A DNA stretch of 40,697 nt from Euryarchaeota archaeon UBA36 (GCA_002496485.1 DAJW01000042.1:13972-54668); one strand, 5' to 3'; positions 8,689 to 18,159 are shown, numbered from the stretch's first letter. Notes: generated by a model not told the origin, from the sequence alone. Numbers and translations: made by a program.

Positions 8689-9618
8689 ATGAGTGCGGGC
8701 GTGAAGAGAGTAATCATAGTAGGCTCGGGACCTGCTGGATATACTGCAGGCCTTTATACTGCTAGAGCATTGCTAGAACCCCTGATGTTTGCTGGTTATA
8801 TGTCGGGTGGGCAATTAATGTTGACATCGGATGTTGAGAATTTCCCAGGATATCCTAACGGCGTAGAAGGGCCCTCAATGATGTTAGAAATGAGGGAGCA
8901 AGCAGAAAAATTTGGACTAGAAGTTCAGGATAAAAATGTGGAGCGTGTTGATCTTACTGAAAGGCCATTTCGTTTATGGGTTGAGGATATAGAATACCAA
9001 GCTGAATCTCTTATTATTTGCACTGGAGCTGAAGCAATTTGGTTGGGGGCGGAAGGAGAAGATGAACAAAGGGGCAGAGGTATTTCCACGTGTGCGACTT
9101 GTGATGGGGCCTTTTTCAAAGATGAAGAGATAATAGTTGTCGGAGGGGGTGATTCGGCTATGGAAGAAGCCATTTTTCTTACCAGATTTGCCAGTAAAGT
9201 TACTATTATTCATAGAAGGGACGTTTTCAAGTCTTCAAAAGTAATGTTTGATAGGGCTTTAAACAATCCAAAAATTGAAATTAGAAAATTTAGAACAATT
9301 AAGAAATGGCTATCTGATGAAAATGGATTAACTGGAGCTTTACTTGAAGATCCTAGAAATGGCGAAATAGAAGAAATTATGTGCAGTGGTGCATTTATTG
9401 CTATTGGGCATAAACCGATAACCAAATTTTTGGATGGTCAGTTAGCTACTGACGATGAAGGATATATTATTAATGTCGAAAATACCATGACCAGCGTTCC
9501 AGGAGTTTTTGCTGCTGGTGATGTAGTCGATAAGAGATATCGGCAAGCAATCACTGCTGCTGGAATGGGTTGCCAATCTGCAATCGATGCGGAAAGATGG
9601 TTGGAAAATCAAGATTAG
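8689..9618 (+). CDS. trxB: Thioredoxin-disulfide reductase
   Basis: FAD site VIIVGSGPAGYTAG, redox-active CATCDG, NAD(P)H site VVGGGDSAMEEA with HRRD, and C-terminal GVFAAGDV. I prefer the ATG at 8689 over 8635 because the extra 18 residues precede the Rossmann start. Confidence 0.9.
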   Translation: MSAGVKRVIIVGSGPAGYTAGLYTARALLEPLMFAGYMSGGQLMLTSDVENFPGYPNGVEGPSMMLEMREQAEKFGLEVQDKNVERVDLTERPFRLWVEDIEYQAESLIICTGAEAIWLGAEGEDEQRGRGISTCATCDGAFFKDEEIIVVGGGDSAMEEAIFLTRFASKVTIIHRRDVFKSSKVMFDRALNNPKIEIRKFRTIKKWLSDENGLTGALLEDPRNGEIEEIMCSGAFIAIGHKPITKFLDGQLATDDEGYIINVENTMTSVPGVFAAGDVVDKRYRQAITAAGMGCQSAIDAERWLENQD

Positions 9619-9619
9619 C

Positions 9620-10027
9620 ATGGGCCGTTCTGAATTTTATATTGCTGGAAGAGGTAAGACAAAAGTAAAATTACCAAGATCTTTAATAGCTAACTTACTT
9701 TTTTCTACCCATATTTTAATTTTGATTTATATCGCCTTTGGTTGGATTAGTTCTGTTAAGTGGGTATTATGGGGGCATATTTTTCTTTATTCGGGAATTG
9801 AATTATTATGGAAAATATCTGGCTCTTGTTTCTTGACGGATTGGGAGAGAAAGATTAGAGGAATTACTGAACCTACTTCAGACACACTTTTTATGGTTAG
9901 AATAATTAAATATTTCACTAGGATTGAAGTTTCTCCAGAAAAATCAATTTTTTTCGTGAAAATTTGGGGTAGAATTGCTTGTTTAATTTCTATAATTAAA
10001 CTGTTAATTGATTATAATTTGAATTAA
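9620..10027 (+). CDS. Small membrane protein, DUF2784-like
   Basis: Two or three hydrophobic helices and a CFLTDWERKIRG segment that resembles the CPLT..E..LR motif of DUF2784. The ATG at 9620 follows the trxB stop directly; the 9587 start would overlap trxB. Confidence 0.5.
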   Translation: MGRSEFYIAGRGKTKVKLPRSLIANLLFSTHILILIYIAFGWISSVKWVLWGHIFLYSGIELLWKISGSCFLTDWERKIRGITEPTSDTLFMVRIIKYFTRIEVSPEKSIFFVKIWGRIACLISIIKLLIDYNLN

Positions 10028-10068
10028 ATGACCGAAGAGCAAATGTGTATAGGCGATGTAGCATTAAC

Positions 10069-11172
10069 ATGGATGTACCACTTGATGGCAATGAGATTAC
10101 TAGATATTCCAGACATTTGAATCTTCCACAAGTTGGGTTAGAGGGGCAACTGAAGTTGAAAGATGCTTCAATAGTTGTAGTTGGGGCAGGTGGTCTTGGC
10201 TCACCAGTACTTCTTTATTTGGCAGCAGTTGGAGTGGGTAGAATTGGAATTATAGATAATGATGTGGTTGAATTATCAAATCTACAAAGACAAATAATCC
10301 ATAGTAATTCAAGAATTGGTGAATCTAAAGCAGAATCTGCCGCATCAAGAATTTCTGATTTAAATCCCAGAATTGAAGTTATACCTATGAATATTAGACT
10401 AAATAATGAAAATGCTTTGGAGATATTGAGAGAATTTGATGTAGTGATTGATGGAACTGATAATTTTGAAACAAGATATATTATCGGGGACATCTGTGAA
10501 GAATTAGGAATTCCTTGGATTTTCGGAAGTATTCATAGATTTGATGGGCAGGTTTCTACTTTTAATTACAAAAATGGGCCAAATTATCGGGATTTATTTC
10601 CCTCTCCTCCGCCTCTTGAACTAGCTCCAAATTGTGAAGAGGCCGGAGTTTTAGGGGTTTTACCTGGAATGATTGGGGCAATACAGGCTACAGAATCGAT
10701 TAAGATTATACTGGAGATTGGAGAGGTACTAAGAGGTAAATTACTAACATTAGATGCTTTGACTATGGAAATGAGAATATTGAAATTCTCCGCGAATTCT
10801 AATAGACCTAATGTTGGCCAAGATGAAAATAGGGTAGTATTTGATATGTTAGAAATTAGTCCAGTTGAGTATCAAAATAAAAAAAATAATGGTTGGGATA
10901 CATTTCTTCTTGATGTGAGGAGAGCTGATGAGGAAGAAATTACAAGAATTAGTGGTACTGATCTTAGAATAGAACATTTATTGATACCAGACAGAGTTTC
11001 AGAACTCCCTAAAGATAAGGATATTGTAGTATATTGCAGAAGTGGATTCAGATCCGCTGCAGTAACTCGATTTCTTTCTGAACTAGGCATTTTTTCTGGA
11101 AATATCTACAATCTCCGTGGCGGAATTCATGAATGGTCAGATACTGTAGATAATAATATTATTAAATATTAG
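10069..11172 (+). CDS. moeB: MoeB/ThiF-type adenylyltransferase (E1-like) with a C-terminal rhodanese domain (MoeZ/MOCS3/UbaA-like)
   Basis: YSRHLNLPQVGLEGQLKL, the nucleotide loop VVGAGGLGSP, DNDVVELSNLQRQ, and a C-terminal rhodanese active site VVYCRSGFRSAA. The ATG at 10069 is preferred over the GTG at 10045. Confidence 0.85.
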   Translation: MDVPLDGNEITRYSRHLNLPQVGLEGQLKLKDASIVVVGAGGLGSPVLLYLAAVGVGRIGIIDNDVVELSNLQRQIIHSNSRIGESKAESAASRISDLNPRIEVIPMNIRLNNENALEILREFDVVIDGTDNFETRYIIGDICEELGIPWIFGSIHRFDGQVSTFNYKNGPNYRDLFPSPPPLELAPNCEEAGVLGVLPGMIGAIQATESIKIILEIGEVLRGKLLTLDALTMEMRILKFSANSNRPNVGQDENRVVFDMLEISPVEYQNKKNNGWDTFLLDVRRADEEEITRISGTDLRIEHLLIPDRVSELPKDKDIVVYCRSGFRSAAVTRFLSELGIFSGNIYNLRGGIHEWSDTVDNNIIKY

Positions 11173-11221
11173 TGGTATCATTGACTGTAGTTAACCGTTT
11201 TAATGTGGTTTTATATCAAAA

Positions 11222-11230
11222 TTTTATAAA
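11222..11230 (+). promoter_or_regulatory. Candidate TATA-like element upstream of the E1 fusion gene
   Basis: TTTTATAAA lies within the 141-nt AT-rich spacer. A second TTTATA at 11264-11269 is about 45 nt from the ATG. Neither is validated. Confidence 0.25.
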
Positions 11231-11313
11231 AAAATAAAAATATTTAGTAAATTGTGGTGAACTTTATAGCTAGTTAACGAATATTTGTTGTACTAGTTAT
11301 TCTTCGCATAGGT

Positions 11314-14202
11314 ATGTCGCGGTTAAGGCAGGGCATTTGGAAGTGTCCGGATTGCTCTAAGCATCAAACTTGGAAAACCAAAAGAGATGGAGTGAATAAA
11401 TTAGATAGAAAATGCATTGGTTGTGGTAAAAGAGCCAGATTTACCATTGAAAGATCTTCATCCGGTCAAGGCAGGTCTAGATCTGTTGAGATATGGGAAA
11501 GATCGATATTGTATGACTTCGAGGACTTAGATCATGAAGTGAATCTAAGAGATGATATGGATGGAAAAGGAGATAATTTAGCATTTCAACCTGAGTTATC
11601 TACAGAAATAGGGGAAAATCAGTCTGATTTACCTCCTATTAGGGGAGTATTTTGGGATCCAGAAAGGGCTTTAGAATTCCAAAAATTGGTTGACTCTGAA
11701 GAAATCAAAAGGCGGTTTATGACTTTCGTAGCTGAGAGGCATGATGGTTATCTCGGAGTAGTTGCTGATTGTTGGATTAAAGCAGAATTTCCTGATAAAT
11801 TAAATGGGGAAGCATTTCATGAATATACAAAAATACTATTGGATGAGATTTTTAATAATCTCTCAAATAGGACACTTGAGCCTAAATTATCGGAATTGAG
11901 AGATATAGAAATTATCCCCATGAGATTGGGGACTTCCTTCCTTTCTAGAAGATTAGCAAGATTAATCACAGATCTAAAGCTCTGCTTGCGGAGAATAGGA
12001 TACTTGTACACAATTACTACACAACATAGAATTGATTGGCAACGTTGGATGATTAGGACTAGATTATTGGATGAGGAATTAAAGTCAATTTTCTCTGAGG
12101 GTTTGAAGACTCATGATGGACAAGATTTTGGCGGTAAAGGATTCAGATCTACATGGCAGGAAGCTATAGTTGCTTGTGCATCTCCTCTGACAAAGGCAAT
12201 TAATCTGCCAGAAGATCAATTCGACAAAGCGGATATTGTCGCTCCGATGATTAGAGATGTTGGGCTTGCATTAGCAATGGGACAGACTCCCTTGGAGATA
12301 ATGCTAGCTCAAGTCGGTAAGGCAGAGTCATACATGGATGGTGGAAATCCCAATAGTGGAGGTAGGGACTTGCATATAGGAAACTGGGAAAAGGGTATTC
12401 TTCCACCTACTGCCCCATTGCCCATAGCTAGTGCTACAACAACAGGAATAGCACTATCAGCAAAAAAAATGAATATTCCAAGATTTCATTTTGCTCCAGT
12501 TGGAGAAGGGTGTAGTAGTAGTGGAGAATTCTGGGAAGCAATAAACTTCGCTGGGGTAAGAGGTTTGCCAATCTGCTATATGATACAGAACAACCAAATT
12601 GCACTTGATACGTTTGCTTCAAAGCAATCGGGGGCTGAAACCTTCGGTGACAAGGGATATGCTGTAGGGATTCCATCATGGACAATTGATGGATCAGATC
12701 CGGATCAATTCTTCGCATCAATTTCTGTAGCAAGAGAATTTGCTACTATGGGTGGTGGGCCAACGCTAATACATGTGGAAACTATGAGGGGTTGTGGTCA
12801 TGCTCACCATCATGATGATTTGTACTTAGGCTCAATAAGTGGAAATCCTCCTGGATATGTTGATCGTAAATTGATTGAATATTGGGCCAATAAAGATCCT
12901 TTATCAAATCATGCAGAAAAAATGATTCATCTTGGTATCGATGAGAAGATACTCTCCAATATTCAGAGTGAAGAAGAGCAGTTAGTGAAGAAATGCAGAA
13001 AAGAATTGGAAGAAATTAGTTGGCCAGAAGGAAACTCGGTAAAAATCGGAATTACCTCAATTAGCGATGCATTTAGTCATTCTGAGCAGTTTTCTAGGAT
13101 TGAAAATACATCAGAAATTGTAAAATCACCCTTGAATATAGGGGAAATGGGGATAGAATTTTCCAATGTCGCAAATTCTTGGACATATAGTAGGTCAATT
13201 CAAAATGCTATGGTAAAAATCGCCGAAATTTTTGGTGATAAATCGATTTTTATGGGCGAAGATATGGAAATCGCTGGAGCATTTGGAATGAATTTACCTT
13301 TGAGAGCTAAAGGTCATCAAGAAAAATTACTTGATATGCCTCTTTCTGAATCAATCATTATTCATTCTGCTACTGGGGCAGCTCTTGGGGGCATGAGACC
13401 TATTGCGGAGATTCAATTTGGCGGTTTTGCAGCCCTAGCTATGAATCCCCTGATAAATAATGCAGCTCAATTAAGATGGAGGTGGGGGGCTGAAGTGCCA
13501 ATGACAATCAGAATCCCTTTAGGTGCAAAAACAAGGAGTGGGCCCTATCACGCTAATATGATTGAATCGTGGTTTGCCAACGATCCTGGATTAGTAATAG
13601 TCTTTCCAAGTAATCCTCAGGATGCATATGATCTATTGATTGAAAGTCATAATCTCCCAGATCCTGTTATTTATCTTGAACATATAGGACTTTATGGTTT
13701 GAGGGGAGGAATGACTGGTTGGGGAGATAATATTAATCAACTTGTTAAACCAAATGATGTAATGGAAAGAATCGAAAATAATGAAAGTACAATCGGGAAG
13801 GGTAAGTTAATTCGGGGAGGAAGGGATATTACGATCGTAACCTGGGGTGCAATGGTTCATGTAGCTATAAAAACCGCAAAAATCGCTTCTGAGAGAGGAA
13901 TAGAGGTTGAGATAATAGACTTGAGAACTTTATTGCCATTTGATTCGAAGATATGTGTGGAATCGGTCAATAGAACTGGTAAATTGCTAGTTCTACAAGA
14001 AGCTCAATGGACTGGTGGTTTTGGTCACACAATTAGTAGTAGGATTATTGAAGAGTCGTTTTGGAATTTGGAATATCCTCCTGTAGTAATTGGAGCACTT
14101 GATACTCCTGTTCCTTTTTCTCCAACTCTAGAGGATTTTACTATTCCTTCTGCAGATATTGTTCTTAGACACATTGAAAGGGCGTGTTCAGAAAAAAATT
14201 AG
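11314..14202 (+). CDS. Fused 2-oxoacid dehydrogenase E1 component (alpha + beta, TPP-dependent) with a roughly 230-aa N-terminal extension that carries a zinc ribbon
   Basis: The TPP motif is GEGCSSSGEFWEAINFAGVRGLPICYMIQNNQIA, followed by ETMRGCGHAHHHDD. The beta-like half has GEDMEIAGAFG, PLSESIIIHSATGAALGGMRPIAEIQF and the C-terminal transketolase-like ITIVTWGAMV. The N-terminus has CPDC-x19-CIGC. Confidence 0.85.
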   Translation: MSRLRQGIWKCPDCSKHQTWKTKRDGVNKLDRKCIGCGKRARFTIERSSSGQGRSRSVEIWERSILYDFEDLDHEVNLRDDMDGKGDNLAFQPELSTEIGENQSDLPPIRGVFWDPERALEFQKLVDSEEIKRRFMTFVAERHDGYLGVVADCWIKAEFPDKLNGEAFHEYTKILLDEIFNNLSNRTLEPKLSELRDIEIIPMRLGTSFLSRRLARLITDLKLCLRRIGYLYTITTQHRIDWQRWMIRTRLLDEELKSIFSEGLKTHDGQDFGGKGFRSTWQEAIVACASPLTKAINLPEDQFDKADIVAPMIRDVGLALAMGQTPLEIMLAQVGKAESYMDGGNPNSGGRDLHIGNWEKGILPPTAPLPIASATTTGIALSAKKMNIPRFHFAPVGEGCSSSGEFWEAINFAGVRGLPICYMIQNNQIALDTFASKQSGAETFGDKGYAVGIPSWTIDGSDPDQFFASISVAREFATMGGGPTLIHVETMRGCGHAHHHDDLYLGSISGNPPGYVDRKLIEYWANKDPLSNHAEKMIHLGIDEKILSNIQSEEEQLVKKCRKELEEISWPEGNSVKIGITSISDAFSHSEQFSRIENTSEIVKSPLNIGEMGIEFSNVANSWTYSRSIQNAMVKIAEIFGDKSIFMGEDMEIAGAFGMNLPLRAKGHQEKLLDMPLSESIIIHSATGAALGGMRPIAEIQFGGFAALAMNPLINNAAQLRWRWGAEVPMTIRIPLGAKTRSGPYHANMIESWFANDPGLVIVFPSNPQDAYDLLIESHNLPDPVIYLEHIGLYGLRGGMTGWGDNINQLVKPNDVMERIENNESTIGKGKLIRGGRDITIVTWGAMVHVAIKTAKIASERGIEVEIIDLRTLLPFDSKICVESVNRTGKLLVLQEAQWTGGFGHTISSRIIEESFWNLEYPPVVIGALDTPVPFSPTLEDFTIPSADIVLRHIERACSEKN

Positions 14203-14252
14203 CATTATTGTAATACAATACAGTCATTAGTGAATGTTAATGGGGAGCAAAT

Positions 14253-15212
14253 GTGTCTGATGTGATAATGGATATTATCGGTATTCTAGTCGGTTTTATT
14301 CTCCTAATGAGCGGTGGAGAATCATTGGTACAAGGGGCAATAAGAATTTCTGATCAGCTTAAAGTTCCAAAATTATTAGTTGGTTTCACTGTTGTTGCTA
14401 TTGGAACCTCACTTCCTGAACTAGCAGTGGCACTAGAAGCAGTCAGACAAGAAGCCGCAGAAATCGCAATTGGTAGTGTAATAGGTTCCAATGTTGCAAA
14501 TGTAATGCTTGTTTTGGGTGCTGCTGCTATTATGGGTTCCTTTGATCGCCCTGAAGATGGAGTAAAACGAGATGCTTTGGCTGTAATAATCGCCACTGTA
14601 ATTTTCTTGGTTTTTGTGTTCATGGGAGAGGTTTCAATGATTGGTGGAATATTTATGTTAACGATTTTAATATTATACATTGCATACTCCTATTATATTG
14701 GCATGAAACATGGAGATAGTGGAGATTTAGAAGATTCATGGTTGCCTGATAATATGTATTTGGCAATTCTGGCATGTTTTTTGGGTGGAGTTATGATTTG
14801 GTTCGGTGCGACAATATTAGTTTCGGGTGCCACAGGTTTGGCAGAAAAATTTGGAATTTCTGAAGCAATTATTGGGCTAACTATTGTTGCCTTGGGCACA
14901 TCTCTTCCAGAATTAGCAGTAACAGTAGTAGCTGGATTAAGGGGTCAAGGCGGAGTTGCTATTGGGAATATTCTTGGATCTAATCTAATGAATATATTAG
15001 GAATAATTGGTACTTCTGCTATTGTATCTGGGGGGATGATTGTGGGAAGTCAATTTTCTGAATTCTATGGAATTTGGATGGTTCTTATCACATCTGGATT
15101 TGTAGCATTTCTGATTTTTAGAGAAATTAATATATCAAAAAATCTAGGGTTCTTTATGATTTCAACTTATATTTCATACATGGCATACTTGGCATACTTA
15201 GGCGTTGTATAG
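14253..15212 (+). CDS. Na+/Ca2+ (CaCA family) exchanger, YrbG/NCX_Mj-like
   Basis: Ten-TM-like profile with the two alpha-repeat signatures GTSLPELAVALEAV and GTSLPELAVTVVAG, each followed by GS(N)xxN. Start is the GTG at 14253 or the ATG at 14268. Confidence 0.85.
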   Translation: MSDVIMDIIGILVGFILLMSGGESLVQGAIRISDQLKVPKLLVGFTVVAIGTSLPELAVALEAVRQEAAEIAIGSVIGSNVANVMLVLGAAAIMGSFDRPEDGVKRDALAVIIATVIFLVFVFMGEVSMIGGIFMLTILILYIAYSYYIGMKHGDSGDLEDSWLPDNMYLAILACFLGGVMIWFGATILVSGATGLAEKFGISEAIIGLTIVALGTSLPELAVTVVAGLRGQGGVAIGNILGSNLMNILGIIGTSAIVSGGMIVGSQFSEFYGIWMVLITSGFVAFLIFREINISKNLGFFMISTYISYMAYLAYLGVV

Positions 15213-15231
15213 AGTAACTTGAGGAATTAAT

Positions 15232-15810
15232 TTGGAACAAAAGATTTGTTGTGTGATTCTTGCAGCTGGAAGTAGTAAAAGAATGGGAGAAGAAAAGGCC
15301 TTAGTTAGACTAAATGGGGAATCATTAATTTCATGGATTTCGAAGAGATTGGTGAAAATAGGGCTTAATCCAGTAATTGTAACAAAAAAAGAGATTTTTG
15401 ATTCTGTTAAGAGTGATGTTTATCCAAACAAGGTAATACTTAATCGATCTCCTGAATTAGGCAGAACTGGATCAATTAAGGTTGGAATAAATTATCTAGA
15501 TGAACATTGTAGTGGAGATTACAGGTTGATTATAGTGCCTGTTGATAGACCGGGATTCTCGGATGAGACACTTCTTACTCTGACTTACTTACATGAAACT
15601 AGTTGCCCTCAAAAAAATAATATCGGCGGCCATCCAATTATCCTATCTCCCTCTGACGTTGATATTGTGAGGAATTCAGATTCTGCTAAATCATTAAGAG
15701 ATTTAGTAGATACTAAGAGATTTGAGGTTAGAGATGAAAATATTCATTTGAATTTAGATACAAAGAAGGATTTGGAAGAATTTAGGAAGATTTTTACTGG
15801 CATAGGATAA
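15232..15810 (+). CDS. mocA: MobA/MocA-like molybdenum cofactor nucleotidyltransferase
   Basis: TTG start. N-terminal CVILAAGSSKRMGEEKAL and PVDRP are typical of MobA-like NTP transferases. The context next to xdhC and a Mo-hydroxylase favours the cytidylyltransferase role. Confidence 0.7.
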   Translation: MEQKICCVILAAGSSKRMGEEKALVRLNGESLISWISKRLVKIGLNPVIVTKKEIFDSVKSDVYPNKVILNRSPELGRTGSIKVGINYLDEHCSGDYRLIIVPVDRPGFSDETLLTLTYLHETSCPQKNNIGGHPIILSPSDVDIVRNSDSAKSLRDLVDTKRFEVRDENIHLNLDTKKDLEEFRKIFTGIG

Positions 15811-15843
15811 AAAAATTGAATTGTAGTACTTGTTCGGGGCATT

Positions 15844-16653
15844 ATGGAAATACTAGATTATCTAGCGGATGCTGATCCAGTAATTCAAGCATTTTTTGCG
15901 GGGTTATTCACTTGGGGGATGACTGCAGCGGGAGCAGGTCTTGTATTTTTCTTTAAAGAAATTAATCGTGGAGTTCTCGATGGGATGTTGGGTTTTGCTG
16001 CTGGAGTAATGATTGCAGCTAGTTGTTTTGGATTATTAGGTCCAGCCATTGACCAAACTAACGGAGAAGGTTTTTGGAAAGTTTTTCCAGCTGCAGTGGG
16101 TTTTATTCTTGGTGGGGTATGTATGAGGCTAATTGACTATTATTTACCACATCTTCATCCGGGTGCACCTCCAGAAGAGACAGAAGGAGTAAAGACGAAT
16201 TGGCATAGGAGTATGTTACTAGTTTCGGCGATCACTTTACACAACATTCCTGAAGGTCTTGCTGTAGGAGTAGCTTTTGGTGCTGCAGCTACTGGAGATA
16301 GTATGGGTGCTGCTATAGCACTAATGATTGGAATAGGAATACAGAATTTCCCTGAAGGTGCTGCAGTTTCTGTTCCATTGAGAAGGGAAGGTTTGAGTAG
16401 GAAGGAGAGTTTTTTATGGGGCCAATTGTCTGCCCTAGTTGAGCCAATATCTGCAGTTCTAGGTGCTGCTGTGATTGTATATATGAATCCTATTCTACCT
16501 TATGCTCTTGCATTTGCAGCCGGAGCAATGATTTTCGTAGTTGTGGAAGAACTGATTCCTGAATCCCATAGGGGAAAGAATGGAGATATTGCAACTATGG
16601 GAGTAATGATTGGATTTACGATAATGATGATTTTGGATGTTTGGCTTGGATAA
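15844..16653 (+). CDS. zupT: ZIP-family divalent metal (zinc) transporter
   Basis: Polytopic protein with the paired motifs HNIPEGLAVGVAFG and QNFPEGAAVS, typical of ZupT/GufA. Confidence 0.85.
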   Translation: MEILDYLADADPVIQAFFAGLFTWGMTAAGAGLVFFFKEINRGVLDGMLGFAAGVMIAASCFGLLGPAIDQTNGEGFWKVFPAAVGFILGGVCMRLIDYYLPHLHPGAPPEETEGVKTNWHRSMLLVSAITLHNIPEGLAVGVAFGAAATGDSMGAAIALMIGIGIQNFPEGAAVSVPLRREGLSRKESFLWGQLSALVEPISAVLGAAVIVYMNPILPYALAFAAGAMIFVVVEELIPESHRGKNGDIATMGVMIGFTIMMILDVWLG

Positions 16654-16668
16654 TACAAAATGACATAG

Positions 16669-17520
16669 TTGGTAATGGGAGCGGAAACTGTGACTCGTAC
16701 AACGCTGGACTGGGTTTTAAAAGAATTAGATGAAGGGTCTGTAGTTGCTTTAGCTACCGTAATAGAAGCCAGTGGAAGTGTTCCTGGAAAGCCTGGAGCT
16801 AAGTTGGCGATTTCATCGAGTGGAGAGAGACATGGTACCGTAGGTGGAGCAGGTTTGGAAAGGAAGGTAGAGTCATCACTAGAAGAACTTCTATCGCAGA
16901 AAAATTTCTCTAAGAAGGGTAAGATTGAGGTATTTATGCTGCATAAGGATGGTAGAGGATTAGAAGTTACTAAATTGGATAGTTTATGTGGTGGAAAGGT
17001 CACCATATCTATGGAAGTGATGCTGCCAATGCCACATTTACTGATTGTTGGAGGTGGTCACGTAGGACTGAGTATAGCAAATTGTTGTAAATCTCTAGGA
17101 TGGAAGTATAGTGTTCTTGATGTAAGGAGTGAATATTCGGATGTAGAACGATTTCAAAATGCTTCTGAACTCCACACATCAACAGTAAAAGATTTCCTTA
17201 AATTACAATATAAAGATAGTTTAGAAAGATTTTCTGATATACTATTATTGGGTCATGATTGGAAAATTGATCAAGAAATGCTAATTGGAATTTTACGGGA
17301 ATATGAAGGAGTTGCGCGACCAAGAATTGGAGCAATAGGTTCCAAAACAAAATGGTCCGCATTTAAGTCCGCAGCTATAGAAGAAGGAATTTTGGAAGAT
17401 AGATTAGATAATGTTAGATGCCCGATTGGAATTGATATTGGTGCTGATTCTCCGGAAGAAATTGCAATCGCAGTTTGTGCAGAAATAATAAAATTTGAAA
17501 AAAATAAAAAATCTCAATAG
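16669..17520 (+). CDS. xdhC: XdhC/CoxI-family molybdoenzyme maturation protein
   Basis: N-terminal XdhC_CoxI-like region (VALATVIEASGSVPGKPGAKLAI, GTVGGAGLE) and C-terminal Rossmann region (LLIVGGGHVGLSIA, IGADSPEEIAIAV). Start is the TTG at 16669 or the ATG at 16675. Confidence 0.8.
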   Translation: MVMGAETVTRTTLDWVLKELDEGSVVALATVIEASGSVPGKPGAKLAISSSGERHGTVGGAGLERKVESSLEELLSQKNFSKKGKIEVFMLHKDGRGLEVTKLDSLCGGKVTISMEVMLPMPHLLIVGGGHVGLSIANCCKSLGWKYSVLDVRSEYSDVERFQNASELHTSTVKDFLKLQYKDSLERFSDILLLGHDWKIDQEMLIGILREYEGVARPRIGAIGSKTKWSAFKSAAIEEGILEDRLDNVRCPIGIDIGADSPEEIAIAVCAEIIKFEKNKKSQ

Positions 17521-17565
17521 AAAAAAATATCTTTAGAGATAGGTGGCTAACCTAATACTCATAGG

Positions 17566-18159
17566 ATGATTCCCCCTGTGAGTAGCATGGTCGAGTTCCG
17601 ATTACCTATGTTACCACAACCGGGAGAAGTGGTTTGGTCGGTAAAGATCAATGGAATAGATGTAAAACTAAATATAGAAAGTAATGCCATTTTATTGGAT
17701 GTTTTACGGGATCAAGCTGGAAGTCTTGGTACAAAAAGGGGATGCGATATGGGTACATGTGGTTGTTGTTCAGTACTTGTTGATGGTGAGCCAAGATTAT
17801 CTTGTCTTACTTTAGCTGCTGAACTTAATGGTCATGAAATTACAACGGTAGAAGGTCTAGCTAATGGGCATCATCTTCACCCCATACAAAAAACATTTAC
17901 AGAGTTTGGTGGTAGTCAGTGTGGTTTTTGTACACCTGGTTTCTTAGTGGTTTCTTCCGCCTTATTATCCGAGAATAATGATCCTACAGACGAAGAAATT
18001 AAGACGGCAATTGAGGGAAATCTTTGCAGATGCACAGGATTCCAACAAATAGTCGATTCTATTCGAGCAGCATCTGATATCATAAAAGAAAATAATTCCA
18101 TTGAAGATTCGACTTCTGCAAAAAGTAATCCTCATCCAGGATTCATGGAGGGGGGCTGA
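17566..18159 (+). CDS. Molybdenum hydroxylase small subunit, two [2Fe-2S] clusters (CoxS/HcrC-like)
   Basis: The Cys patterns GCDMGTCGCCSVLVDGEPRLSC, then QCGFCTPGF and LCRCTG, are the canonical plant-type and type-II 2Fe-2S motifs of the xanthine dehydrogenase family. Confidence 0.9.
   Translation: MIPPVSSMVEFRLPMLPQPGEVVWSVKINGIDVKLNIESNAILLDVLRDQAGSLGTKRGCDMGTCGCCSVLVDGEPRLSCLTLAAELNGHEITTVEGLANGHHLHPIQKTFTEFGGSQCGFCTPGFLVVSSALLSENNDPTDEEIKTAIEGNLCRCTGFQQIVDSIRAASDIIKENNSIEDSTSAKSNPHPGFMEGG

Noticed and set aside
16500-17006. A 168-aa minus-strand ORF, plus many other track ORFs of 60-150 aa (for example 3364-3576, 5384-5641, 6026-6292, 7249-7467, 7910-8155, 8925-9425, 10215-10493, 12434-12733, 14354-14899, 22164-22595, 24338-24818, 32116-32571, 35035-35417 and 37152-37841).
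   Set aside because: Each lies antisense to, or out of frame within, a long ORF that has strong family motifs. Their translations are low-complexity (Ser/Pro/Ile-rich) with no recognisable motif, and the genome is AT-rich, which inflates spurious antisense ORFs.
18139-18159. The C-terminal Gly-Gly (FMEGG*) on the beta-grasp-containing 2Fe-2S subunit as a possible ubiquitin-like (SAMP/MoaD-type) tail for the nearby MoeB-rhodanese E1.
   Set aside because: The GG codons (GGG GGC) are part of the purine-rich ribosome-binding site of the next gene, which explains them more simply. The protein is a standard two-cluster CoxS-type subunit.
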